DNA of 32,000 nucleotides, taken from NCBI RefSeq assembly GCF_000008665.1, contig NC_000917.1, positions 1,830,001 to 1,862,000 on the forward strand, written 5' to 3'. Source of the DNA: Archaeoglobus fulgidus DSM 4304. GTDB taxonomy: Archaea; Halobacteriota; Archaeoglobi; Archaeoglobales; Archaeoglobaceae. The notes beneath the pieces were generated by a model. It was not told where the DNA came from. It worked only from the letters and a program-made list of their open reading frames with translations, and searched no databases. Positions 23,712-31,848 of this stretch are shown in pieces. How positions within the stretch are numbered: the first letter of the stretch is position 1; each line of letters starts with the position of its first letter. A program made the position numbers and the translations under genes.

Positions 23712-24866
23712 ATGGACTTCGAGCTTACACAAGAGCAGAAGGATATTAAAAACGCTGCCAGAGAATTCGCCGTAAATGAGTTTACAAAGGAGAGGGCCGA
23801 GGAATACGACAGAAATGAGGAGTTTCCCTTCGATTTGTGGAAAAAGGCGTGCGAACTCGGCTTCATAGGCGTGCACTTCCCCGAAGAGTACGGCGGAGCG
23901 GGAATGGGTGTTCTCGAAAACATACTCATCGTAGAGGAGTTCTGCAGGGCGGACAGCACAATCGGGAGTGCCATAATCCTCTCTGACTTCTCTTCAGAGG
24001 TTGTAATGAGGTTCGGCAGTGAGGAGCAGAAAAAGGAGGTTCTGCCGAAGGTGGCGGGTGGTAAAGCTATCACCGCCGGATGCTACACCGAGCCTGAGGC
24101 GGGTAGCGATTTGACGGCAATCAAAACCAAAGCTGAAAAAGATGGAGATGAGTGGGTTATTAACGGCTCCAAGACCTTCATCACAAATGGCACCATCGCG
24201 GACTACTACGTTGTGCTGGCAGTAACTGATCCAAACGCGCAGCCACGCTACAGAGGATTTACCACCTTCCTTGTTAAGAAAGACACTCCTGGACTGAAGA
24301 CAACAAAAATTGGAGGAAAGCTGGGTATAAGGGCCTCGCCGACTGCTGAAGTCGTATTCAAGGACGTGAGGGTTGATGATTCAGCGGTTATAGGGCAGCT
24401 CAACAGAGGATTCTACCAGGTTCTCGAGTTCTTCGATGAGAGCAGGATTGAGATTGCCGCTCAGGCTCTGGGAATTGCCCAGGGTGCTTTCGACAGGCTT
24501 GTCAACTACGTAAAGCAGAGGAAGCAGTTCGGGCAGCCGATTGCTGCGTTCCAGGCTTTGCAGCACAGAATCGCTGACCTGAAAACGCAGCTTGAGGCTG
24601 CGAGATTGCTGATATACAAGGCAGCGTGGAACTACGACCAGGGCAGAATCGATCCCGGGCTAACCTCTATGGCGAAGTACTACGCAGGAAAGCTTGCCGT
24701 CAAGATCTGCGATGAGGCGGTGCAGATGCACGGAGGCTACGGATACATTGCAGAGTACGAGGTGGAGAGGTTCTTCAGGGATGCCAAGATTACCGAAATA
24801 TACGAGGGGACGAAGGAAGTGCAGCTAAACACGATTGCGAGAGACATTCTCGGCAAGTTCAGATAG
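23712..24866 (+). CDS. acyl-CoA dehydrogenase
   Basis: 'GCYTEPEAGSDL', 'KTFITNG', 'QFGQPIAAFQALQHRIADL' and 'GGYGY..EY.VERFFRDAKITEIYEGT'. I chose the start at Met26 of the track ORF ('MDFELTQEQ'), preceded by AT-rich 'AAATATTAAA' about 22 nt upstream. Confidence 0.9.
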   Translation: MDFELTQEQKDIKNAAREFAVNEFTKERAEEYDRNEEFPFDLWKKACELGFIGVHFPEEYGGAGMGVLENILIVEEFCRADSTIGSAIILSDFSSEVVMRFGSEEQKKEVLPKVAGGKAITAGCYTEPEAGSDLTAIKTKAEKDGDEWVINGSKTFITNGTIADYYVVLAVTDPNAQPRYRGFTTFLVKKDTPGLKTTKIGGKLGIRASPTAEVVFKDVRVDDSAVIGQLNRGFYQVLEFFDESRIEIAAQALGIAQGAFDRLVNYVKQRKQFGQPIAAFQALQHRIADLKTQLEAARLLIYKAAWNYDQGRIDPGLTSMAKYYAGKLAVKICDEAVQMHGGYGYIAEYEVERFFRDAKITEIYEGTKEVQLNTIARDILGKFR

Positions 24867-24869
24867 CTT

Positions 24870-24877
24870 TTTATATA
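24870..24877 (+). promoter_or_regulatory. TATA box (TTTATATA) 20 nt upstream of the DUF373 gene ATG
   Basis: 'agcttTTTATATAttctccatcacatttttttaATG'. Confidence 0.5.
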
Positions 24878-24897
24878 TTCTCCATCACATTTTTTTA

Positions 24898-25932
24898 ATG
24901 CCAAAAAAGCTCGTGCTCGTAATCGACAGGGACGATGATTTGGGCCAAAAGGCAGGTATATCCTCGCCCGTTATCGGCAGAGACAACATTGTATCCGCTG
25001 CAGTAAGGCTCGGAACCGCCGATCCCGAAGATTCTGACGTCAACGCCATGTTTGCGGCAATAAAAATTTACGATGAACTCAAAGGAAGGGGAGAGGATGT
25101 TGAGGTGGTTGTTGTTTGCGGAGACAGGAGCGTTGGTGTTGTCTCCGACTCGAAGATTGCCGAGCAGCTTGACAGAGTTGTTCTGAACCTCAGACCGTCA
25201 AGCGCAATAGTCGTAACAGATGGCTCGGAGGACGAGTTCGTCCTTCCAATCATATCCTCAAGAGTCAAGATCGATTCCGTTCACCGCGTTGTTGTGAGGC
25301 AGAGCAGGACGATAGAAAGCACGTACTTCCTCATCAGAAGGATGCTTAACGACCCGAAAATTGCTAGAATCACCCTTGCACCCCTTGGAATGATATTCCT
25401 CGTTTACTCAATATTTCTCGTCATGCAGCATCCCGAATGGGGGCTCGGTGGCATAATATTCTTCCTCGGTGTTTACTTCATGGTAAAGGCTTACGGATGG
25501 GAGCAGAACATAGCGAACCTCCTGGAGACAGTTCGAGTTTCTCTGGTTGAGGGGAGGCTCTCCTTCATATTCTACGTCACCTCTGCGATACTTCTTATAA
25601 TCAGCATCGTCAATGGCTTCAACGCCGCCGTCAACATTGCTGATGCAGCTCAGGCAATTTCCAGCTTTATCTTTTACAGCACGTGGTGGTTCGTGCTTTC
25701 CGGGATATTCGCACTTCTTGCGAGGGCTGCCGATGCCTACGCGGAAAAAAGGAGAGTTTCGAAGTACTTCACGATAATCTTTCTTCTGATTGCCTTCGGT
25801 CTGATTGTCTGGGCCTCAGCAGCCTACGTACTCAATCCAGAGGCACCCAACGCATTGCAGAACCTTGCGGGAGCGATTGTCGGAGCGATACTAATCGCTG
25901 CAATAGGCGTTTTCACGCTGAAGAGACTCTAA
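24898..25932 (+). CDS. archaeal integral membrane protein (DUF373-like): soluble N-terminal domain plus about 6 TM segments
   Basis: 'KKLVLVIDRDDDLGQKAG' followed by a hydrophobic C-terminal half. I chose the start at Met22 of the track ORF because of the TATA spacing. The family name is from memory. Confidence 0.65.
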   Translation: MPKKLVLVIDRDDDLGQKAGISSPVIGRDNIVSAAVRLGTADPEDSDVNAMFAAIKIYDELKGRGEDVEVVVVCGDRSVGVVSDSKIAEQLDRVVLNLRPSSAIVVTDGSEDEFVLPIISSRVKIDSVHRVVVRQSRTIESTYFLIRRMLNDPKIARITLAPLGMIFLVYSIFLVMQHPEWGLGGIIFFLGVYFMVKAYGWEQNIANLLETVRVSLVEGRLSFIFYVTSAILLIISIVNGFNAAVNIADAAQAISSFIFYSTWWFVLSGIFALLARAADAYAEKRRVSKYFTIIFLLIAFGLIVWASAAYVLNPEAPNALQNLAGAIVGAILIAAIGVFTLKRL

Positions 25933-26478
25933 AGCTTCTTGCAGCCTTCCCAATTTTTCCTTTCCCTTGAGAAGCTTCTCGTTCGCCCACCTAACAACAT
26001 AGGATAGATAGGCGTCATCGACGAGCATTAGGCCCTTCTCAGCAACTGGAAGCTCAATTCTTTCGAGAGAGGCTATTTCAACAACGTAATTGCTAAGAGA
26101 AATAACACCACTTCTTCTGAAACCGGCGGTATTTGCCGCATTCATGAGCAGCTTCGCAGCCCCAATATTCCTGCAAGCAACGTGAATGATTGGCGGGTAC
26201 TGAATTAGCCAGGCAACTTTTCTGCTCCTCAACGCTGCCTCTGCTACTTCGCTGACTTCCACGCCTTCATGCCACTTGCCCAGAAAAAGGGAGCTTGCTT
26301 TGTCTCCAGGCTTCTCAAGGTCGACGACTGCTATTCTCCCACTGCAGCTTGAAAGAGTTACGAAGTCATCAAAAGAGTTGATCAGGTCGAGAAGCTCAAC
26401 TATATCAAAATCGACCTTCCTCTGATTCTTTGCCTCGAGGTAACCTCTGAGCTTTTCCTTCTTAAATTGCTCCCACAT
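25891..26478 (-). CDS. taw3: tRNA wyosine-derivative methyltransferase Taw3 (TYW3 family)
   Basis: The 'FVTLSSCSGRIAV' signature in a protein of about 195 aa. The ATG at 26478 shares one base with the rfcS TGA stop (TGATG). Confidence 0.85.
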   Translation of the reverse strand: MWEQFKKEKLRGYLEAKNQRKVDFDIVELLDLINSFDDFVTLSSCSGRIAVVDLEKPGDKASSLFLGKWHEGVEVSEVAEAALRSRKVAWLIQYPPIIHVACRNIGAAKLLMNAANTAGFRRSGVISLSNYVVEIASLERIELPVAEKGLMLVDDAYLSYVVRWANEKLLKGKEKLGRLQEALESLQRENAYCSD

Positions 26479-27437
26479 CACTTCTTGGCCAAAGTGGAGA
26501 GGTACGCAAGATAGGCATCAAGCTGAATCCTCTCGTTCGCCCCCTCCGTCAGCCTGAAATCCACCTCTCCAAGCTTGTCGATAAGCTGAACCTTCAGGCT
26601 GTCCTTTATGGGCATCGAAATTATCTCTCTGAAAAGCTGCGCAACTATATCCTCACCGCTCATCCCGTACTCCACCATCAGCCTGTCCAACAGCTCTCTC
26701 GCCTCCATGAAGTTACCCTTCAACGCCGTCTGGATTAACTCCGTCATCTCCTCAGGCCTTGCTGTTGCGGTTATCTGGTATATCGTATCCGCATCAACAA
26801 CCTCCCCAATTGCTGCTGCACCCTGAAGGGCGTTTATGGCCTTTCTGAAGTCCCCTCCTGAGATGTATATCAGAGCCTCAAGCCCGTCCTCTGTAATCTT
26901 CACACCCTCTTTCTCGCAAATTTCAAGCAGCCTTTTCTTCATCGCCTCCTTGGGCACCGGCTTGAATCTGAAAACCGCACATCTGCTCTGAATGGGCTCA
27001 ATTATCCTGCTAACGTAGTTGCAGCTCAAAATAAAACGGCAGGATTTTGAGTACATTTCCATTGTTCTTCTCAAGGCTGCTTGAGCGTCGGCAGTTAGTG
27101 CATCAGCCTCGTCGAGGAAGATTATCTTGAAGGGAGCGCCTCCTATGGGGGCCGTTCTCGCGAATTCCTTGATTTTGTGCCTTACAACATCAATTCCCCT
27201 CTCATCACTCGCGTTCATCTCTATAAAGTTGTCCCTCCAGTTTTCCCCGAACAGGTCCCTCGCCAGAGCTATTGCTGTTGCCGTCTTACCAGTTCCAGGA
27301 GGTCCGGAAAAGAGGAGGTGAGGTATATTTTTTCTTTCAACATACCCTTTAAGCCTCTGTATAACTTCATCCTGCCCCACGACTTCATCAAGAGTGCGCG
27401 GGCGGTACTTCTCAACCCAGATTTCGAAGTTCTCCAT
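26478..27437 (-). CDS. rfcS: replication factor C small subunit (no intein)
   Basis: 'WVEKYRP', 'LLFSGPPGTGKT', 'IIFLDEADALT' and 'SRC' in 'EPIQSRCAVFRF'. Confidence 0.95.
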   Translation of the reverse strand: MENFEIWVEKYRPRTLDEVVGQDEVIQRLKGYVERKNIPHLLFSGPPGTGKTATAIALARDLFGENWRDNFIEMNASDERGIDVVRHKIKEFARTAPIGGAPFKIIFLDEADALTADAQAALRRTMEMYSKSCRFILSCNYVSRIIEPIQSRCAVFRFKPVPKEAMKKRLLEICEKEGVKITEDGLEALIYISGGDFRKAINALQGAAAIGEVVDADTIYQITATARPEEMTELIQTALKGNFMEARELLDRLMVEYGMSGEDIVAQLFREIISMPIKDSLKVQLIDKLGEVDFRLTEGANERIQLDAYLAYLSTLAKK

Positions 27438-27451
27438 CGAAGTTTTATTAA

Positions 27452-28072
27452 TTATGGTTGCATAAAAACTCTACGTTCCAGCCTGGGTGTTTCCTCAAAA
27501 CTGACGGAGAAACCGATTTTCCTCAAAAACTCATAGGATTTTTTCCCACTCCCGTGCATCATCAGCTCAAGAAGGTCGCTCTCGTCATCGATGTCAACGG
27601 AGGAGTAAAAGGAGTCGAAGATTTTTGCCTTCATCCCCATTTTGCGGGCCATTTCCAGATGCTTGAAAAAGCTGCCGAAGTGATAGGAAACTCTAAACCC
27701 CCTTTTCCTCACGAGAAGCATGTTCGTACCCCCCTTCCTTCCCGGAGCAACTACAACATCGCCCTCTGTTTCGAAGAACCTCTTCAAAACCTCCTCACTG
27801 AGGAGAGGGAGGTCGGACATTATCACCGCAAGAGGAGCTTCGTCCATTACCTTATTAACGGTTGTGTTCAGGTCTGAGGTGTCAACAACAACCTCCACCC
27901 CTTCAACGTCCAACTCTGAGGGGCACACAACTTTGATTTCCCCGAATGGTTTGGCTGCATCAATTACGTCAAGGAGCATGAGCCTTGCAAGCTCCTTTCT
28001 TTCCTCCTCGCTGAGAATGGAGGAAAGCCTCGATTTGGGGTTGTTAGCCTTAAAAGGGATGAGAATCCTCAT
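27452..28072 (-). CDS. cofC: 2-phospho-L-lactate guanylyltransferase (F420 biosynthesis)
   Basis: 'MRILIPFKANNPKSRLSSILSEEERKELARLMLLDVIDA' is the typical CofC N-terminus. The protein is about 205 aa. The ATG overlaps the ftsY stop (ATGA). Confidence 0.85.
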   Translation of the reverse strand: MRILIPFKANNPKSRLSSILSEEERKELARLMLLDVIDAAKPFGEIKVVCPSELDVEGVEVVVDTSDLNTTVNKVMDEAPLAVIMSDLPLLSEEVLKRFFETEGDVVVAPGRKGGTNMLLVRKRGFRVSYHFGSFFKHLEMARKMGMKAKIFDSFYSSVDIDDESDLLELMMHGSGKKSYEFLRKIGFSVSFEETPRLERRVFMQP

Positions 28073-29091
28073 GAAAAGATTCTCTCAACCAGCCACTTAG
28101 AATCAAACTTCACAAGGTCGTCGTACTCCTGGCCCACACCGAAGAAAAGCACGGGTTTCTTGGTTACGTAGCTGATGGAGATTGCTGAACCTCCCTTGGG
28201 GTCGGCATCGAGCTTGGTTAAAATGCTCCCGTCAATTCCTACCGTTTCTGCAAACATTCTCGCTCTCTCAACAGCATCGTTTCCGGCAATGCTCTCATCT
28301 ACAAATATAATCAGGTCCGGCTTCGTCACCCTCTTTATCTTCTCAAGCTGGTCGAGGAGGTTCTTCTTTGTGTGCATTCTGCCTGCTGTGTCGGCAAGCA
28401 CAACATCTATGCCTTTACTCTCCGCATGCTTTATCGCATCGTAAATAACCGCTGCTGGATCAGAGCCGTGCTTGTGCTTTATCAGCTTAACACCGAGCCT
28501 TTTCGCGTGTTCTTCAAGCTGCTCTATCGCTCCCGCCCTGAACGTGTCTCCTGCAGCGAGAACGACTGAGTAGCCCTGCTTTATCAGCCTGTTCGCAACC
28601 TTAGCGATTGTTGTCGTTTTTCCTGTGCCGTTAACACCGACGAAGGCTATAACCACCGGCTTTTTCTCCTTCAGCTTCTCCTTTATGAACTCATCAAAAT
28701 CAAACCTGTTTTCGTCGAGAATTTCAAATATTATTGACCTTAACTCTTCCATAACAATGTCGGATAGCTTTTCGGTCAGCTTTTTCCTCCTGCCGACCAG
28801 TCTGCTCTTTAGGGCTTCGGATATTGCGTCAACAACCTCAAATGCAACATCACTCTCAAGGAGAATCTCTTCAAGTTCTTCAAGAATTCCCTCTACCTTC
28901 TTTTCATCAATAACTACTTCTCTGCTTATTACAAGTGCGGCAACTTTGTCTTTCAGCCCTACTTTCTTCTCCTCCACTTTAGCTTCTCTTTTCTCCTCAG
29001 CCTCTTTCCTTATTTCTTCAATTTCCTCCTTCTCCTCCTCCTCTATCTTTTTCCTCAAACCGCTTAGCTTCTCCTTGAGAGCCTTGAACAT
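28069..29091 (-). CDS. ftsY: signal recognition particle receptor FtsY
   Basis: An E/K-rich N-terminal region followed by an NG domain with 'GVNGTGKTTT', 'DTAGR' and 'TKLD'. Confidence 0.95.
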   Translation of the reverse strand: MFKALKEKLSGLRKKIEEEEKEEIEEIRKEAEEKREAKVEEKKVGLKDKVAALVISREVVIDEKKVEGILEELEEILLESDVAFEVVDAISEALKSRLVGRRKKLTEKLSDIVMEELRSIIFEILDENRFDFDEFIKEKLKEKKPVVIAFVGVNGTGKTTTIAKVANRLIKQGYSVVLAAGDTFRAGAIEQLEEHAKRLGVKLIKHKHGSDPAAVIYDAIKHAESKGIDVVLADTAGRMHTKKNLLDQLEKIKRVTKPDLIIFVDESIAGNDAVERARMFAETVGIDGSILTKLDADPKGGSAISISYVTKKPVLFFGVGQEYDDLVKFDSKWLVERIFS

Positions 29092-29096
29092 TCAAT

Positions 29097-29510
29097 TCAC
29101 TCCTTCTGCTGTCTCGCAGCAAGCTCCTGCTGGATTCTCTGAGCTTGCGAGAGAACCTGCTGGAGCATCGATGTCATTTTCTCCTGATTCTCCTCAATCT
29201 TTTTTATTCTGTTCTTAACGAATTCTATGGCCTCTCCTACCTCCCTTTCGACAACAACACCGCTGCCGATGTCAACGAGCATTTTCTTGCTGTTTTTCAC
29301 GTCAACGTAGGCAAAAACGCCTCCCCCGAGGTTCATCAACGCCTCAACGCTAGTGTCTATCGATTCGAAAAATTCCAGCGTTTCAAGAGTTTTTCTGTAC
29401 TCGTTTTCGAGGATTTCAAGCTCCATGAGCCTTCTCTGAAGCGCTTCTGCCTCCTCCTGCAGTATCTGCAGAGTCGCAATTTTTTCCTGAACTTCTTTCT
29501 CAGAGCTCAT
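29097..29510 (-). CDS. pfdA: prefoldin alpha subunit
   Basis: 137 aa with a coiled-coil / beta-hairpin / coiled-coil layout ('LQILQEEAEALQRRL...', 'VDIGSGVVVE'), in the conserved position next to ftsY and LX. Confidence 0.85.
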   Translation of the reverse strand: MSSEKEVQEKIATLQILQEEAEALQRRLMELEILENEYRKTLETLEFFESIDTSVEALMNLGGGVFAYVDVKNSKKMLVDIGSGVVVEREVGEAIEFVKNRIKKIEENQEKMTSMLQQVLSQAQRIQQELAARQQKE

Positions 29511-29680
29511 GCCTGCTTCACTTCCTCAATCTTTATGAGGTTTCTCTTAACCTTGTGATTGCTCCCGATTAGAGAATACACCTTCTCAAGCGCGTATCTC
29601 TCATTGTTCGCCTCAACAACTTTCGTGAACTTCTGCCAGCCTTCCAGAGTCTTAAACGCTCCTCTAACCTCAAACTTCAT
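29507..29680 (-). CDS. rplX: 50S ribosomal protein LX (L18Ae/L20A family); absent from the ORF track because it is under 60 aa
   Basis: Hand translation: MKFEVRGAFKTLEGWQKFTKVVEANNERYALEKVYSLIGSNHKVKRNLIKIEEVKQA* (57 aa). The ATG is preceded by TGAGGTGGTAAC. The TGA stop overlaps the pfdA ATG (ATGA). Confidence 0.85.
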   Translation of the reverse strand: MKFEVRGAFKTLEGWQKFTKVVEANNERYALEKVYSLIGSNHKVKRNLIKIEEVKQA

Positions 29681-29689
29681 GTTACCACC

Positions 29690-30337
29690 TCACGGGAATA
29701 AAGCCTCCTCAACAATGCCCAGCTCAAAGCCTGTTGTGTCTCTACCCACAACATATCCTTTTGAGTTGGCTACAAGGCCCGAACCAACCATATCCGTTCC
29801 GAAGTTAACGGTTCCGGTTAAAACTTCCACTCCCGCCACCTCTTGCAGCTTTTTCGCCTCCCACTCGTTTATGTTGGGATTTGCAAGCCCACCCCTGTTC
29901 GTCACCACCGCAGCCATGCCGACGGTCTTTATACCCCCCACCGTCCCCTTGACAAGCTCTATGTCCATAAAGTCGGCCACCTTCTCCACCACACTGCTCT
30001 CCATTTCAGGGTTGGCAATCCCACCCCTATCGTTTATCAGCAGATTGTTTCCGAAGCAGGTCATTGGAGTCTCAATCACCAGCACATCAAGACTCTTCTC
30101 AAGCTCCCTGAGCTCACTGGAGAGGACCTGATCACTAACCACTGCCCCCCTGCTGTTCAAAGCCATCATCGCCCCAACAAGCTCGGAACCGGCTATTTTT
30201 GTAACGATAACATCAACATCAAGCTTCTCCTGAATGGCGTCAATCAGAGGCTCGTGGTTTACCCCCACTACTGCATACTCCTCAGACACCTTGGCGTAGA
30301 GTCCAATCAGCGGATTGCCGTTAACAGCAACTTTCAT
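29690..30337 (-). CDS. eif6: translation initiation factor 6 (aIF6)
   Basis: 215 aa with the pentein repeat pattern ('NPLIGLYAKVSEEYAVVG', 'GNNLLINDRGGIANP', 'VVTNRGGLANP'). Confidence 0.9.
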   Translation of the reverse strand: MKVAVNGNPLIGLYAKVSEEYAVVGVNHEPLIDAIQEKLDVDVIVTKIAGSELVGAMMALNSRGAVVSDQVLSSELRELEKSLDVLVIETPMTCFGNNLLINDRGGIANPEMESSVVEKVADFMDIELVKGTVGGIKTVGMAAVVTNRGGLANPNINEWEAKKLQEVAGVEVLTGTVNFGTDMVGSGLVANSKGYVVGRDTTGFELGIVEEALFP

Positions 30338-30604
30338 TCACGCGAGCTCAACTTCCACTATTCCGTCGTCGAACTTCACAGCCCTTACTCTTATCTTTGT
30401 TGGTGGTTTTTCCGCTCCTCTCTCCCAGATTTTCTCGTTAACAGCGGTGTCAATTTTCACGTTCTCTGGCTCTACCTTCATGTGCCTGCTGAGGAACTTC
30501 CTGACGTACTTTGCAGCTTTCTTCGCCCTAAGCCATCTCGGATACCTCTTCATCTTGTGCCTGAGCCTTATTGAATAAACCCTCTCAACGACAACCTTGG
30601 CCAT
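30338..30604 (-). CDS. rpl31e: 50S ribosomal protein L31e
   Basis: '[30 protein letters not shown]' and '[18 protein letters not shown]'. I prefer the ATG at 30604 because it is preceded by GAGGTGAGGG. The track starts 3 codons earlier at a GTG. Confidence 0.9.
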   Translation of the reverse strand: MAKVVVERVYSIRLRHKMKRYPRWLRAKKAAKYVRKFLSRHMKVEPENVKIDTAVNEKIWERGAEKPPTKIRVRAVKFDDGIVEVELA

Positions 30605-30614
30605 TGCCCTCACC

Positions 30615-30767
30615 TCACACCTTCAGCTTGCTCCTCCTCCAGTGCCTCCTCTTGGGGCTTCCGAAGACGCTCCTCTTGGTCTTCACAGTAATCCAGACGG
30701 GAGCTCTTCTGTTTTGCTTGTAGGCCTTCGCCAGCCTCTTCTTAACGCCAACCGTCTTCTTACCCAT
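30615..30767 (-). CDS. rpl39e: 50S ribosomal protein L39e; absent from the ORF track because it is 50 aa
   Basis: Hand translation: [50 protein letters not shown]. This is a canonical basic L39e sequence in the conserved position beside L31e. Confidence 0.9.
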   Translation of the reverse strand: MGKKTVGVKKRLAKAYKQNRRAPVWITVKTKRSVFGSPKRRHWRRSKLKV

Positions 30768-30771
30768 AATA

Positions 30772-31098
30772 TCACTTCCTTATGATTCTCGTTTCCCTCT
30801 TCTTGGGCTGAACTCTCTTCAAAATTTCAACGAGCATTTTATCAGTTATCTTGCTCTGAATTCTTCCAGCCTGAGCCAGATAAATAAGCTGGTTCTCAAC
30901 TGCCTCAGCAATTTCAGGATGAGCGAGCTTTAAGCGTGAAAGTCTCTCCTTAGCTTCGGGCTCAAGAATTGCCCTCAAAATTGCCTTCTTCTGTGCCTCA
31001 ACCTGTCTCCTCATCTCCTCCTTCTGCAGCTCCTCAAGCTCCTTCTGCCTCTGCAACTCCATCAGCTTCCTGCGCCTTATTTCCTCCAGATCATCCAT
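30772..31098 (-). CDS. PDCD5/TFAR19-like dsDNA-binding protein
   Basis: '[15 protein letters not shown]...[41 protein letters not shown]' is the family pattern. I prefer the ATG at 31098, which follows TGAGGGTGGTTTTT. Confidence 0.8.
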   Translation of the reverse strand: MDDLEEIRRRKLMELQRQKELEELQKEEMRRQVEAQKKAILRAILEPEAKERLSRLKLAHPEIAEAVENQLIYLAQAGRIQSKITDKMLVEILKRVQPKKRETRIIRK

Positions 31099-31109
31099 AA
31101 AAACCACCC

Positions 31110-31553
31110 TCAGTACTTTTCGAGGGCAGGTATCTCGGAAACGAGTTCAGATTTTAGCTCTGTTGCAACTTTGTCGAGGAAAGACCTCCCCATCGGAGTT
31201 ACAACTCTGCCCTCCCTTGTTTTCTTCACAAAACCAAGCTGCTCAAGCTGATGGAGCGCGTTTCTCACTATAGCCCCGCTTCCCTTTCTGAACTTCGGAG
31301 GCTTTGAACCCCTCCTCTTTCTCCCACCGTAGAAGGTTCTGAGCCTCTCGATGCCCACAGGACCGTCAATGTAAACTCTTCTGAAAATTGATGCGAGCCT
31401 CAAATACCACCAGTCATCCTGCTCTGGACTCCTCTCCTTGTGAACTCCCGTTTTAACATACTTTGCCCACTCTGGAGGGGCAACCATGTCCTTCAGCCTT
31501 TCGGCAACCCTCTTGATCAGCAAATCCGCCGGAACATCATACACTGTCGCCAT
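31110..31553 (-). CDS. rps19e: 30S ribosomal protein S19e
   Basis: '[18 protein letters not shown]', '[35 protein letters not shown]' and '[10 protein letters not shown]'. Confidence 0.95.
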   Translation of the reverse strand: MATVYDVPADLLIKRVAERLKDMVAPPEWAKYVKTGVHKERSPEQDDWWYLRLASIFRRVYIDGPVGIERLRTFYGGRKRRGSKPPKFRKGSGAIVRNALHQLEQLGFVKKTREGRVVTPMGRSFLDKVATELKSELVSEIPALEKY

Positions 31554-31557
31554 ATCT

Positions 31558-31788
31558 TCACCTCTCGAAGGTTAGCACGAACCCTCTGAAATCAACGAGC
31601 CTGCCCTTAACCTTTGAAGCTATTTCCCGGGCAAGCTCCTTTTTATCCTTACCCGATGACTCTCTGAAGTTGCGGAGCATTCTAACCTTAACTGCCCCGC
31701 GCTTCTCAAGCAGGAAATTTATCTCGTTTATTAAGCTTTCCGTCACACCGTTTTTTCCAACATTTATCGTTACCACGTCCTTCACCAT
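31558..31788 (-). CDS. YhbY/CRS1 (CRM-domain) RNA-binding protein
   Basis: 76 aa with '[31 protein letters not shown]', the typical CRM-domain core. Confidence 0.8.
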   Translation of the reverse strand: MVKDVVTINVGKNGVTESLINEINFLLEKRGAVKVRMLRNFRESSGKDKKELAREIASKVKGRLVDFRGFVLTFER

Positions 31789-31848
31789 GCTCCTCTCACC
31801 GATGCCTGCCCTACCATTTCCTTTTGGTGGGGCTGTGTAAAAAATTTT

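Noticed and set aside
25840-25932. C-terminus of the DUF373 protein ('...AGAIVGAILIAAIGVFTLKRL') as a CTERM sorting signal
   Set aside because: It is the last helix of a multi-pass membrane protein. No PGF/PEF-like motif precedes it. The resemblance is limited to a TM followed by Lys-Arg.
28900-29091. Repetitive-looking ctcctc/ttcttc tracts at the ftsY 5' end, as a tandem repeat or CRISPR-like array
   Set aside because: They are the antisense image of the E/K-rich acidic-basic N-terminal domain typical of FtsY. There is no repeat-spacer periodicity.
28625-30574. Long plus-strand ORFs of 197, 137, 190 and 243 aa opposite ftsY, pfdA, aIF6 and L31e
   Set aside because: They are antisense to strongly conserved genes. 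Their products are low-complexity Ser/Phe/Leu- or His-rich translations that mirror E/K-rich coding sequence. There are no promoter or SD signals.
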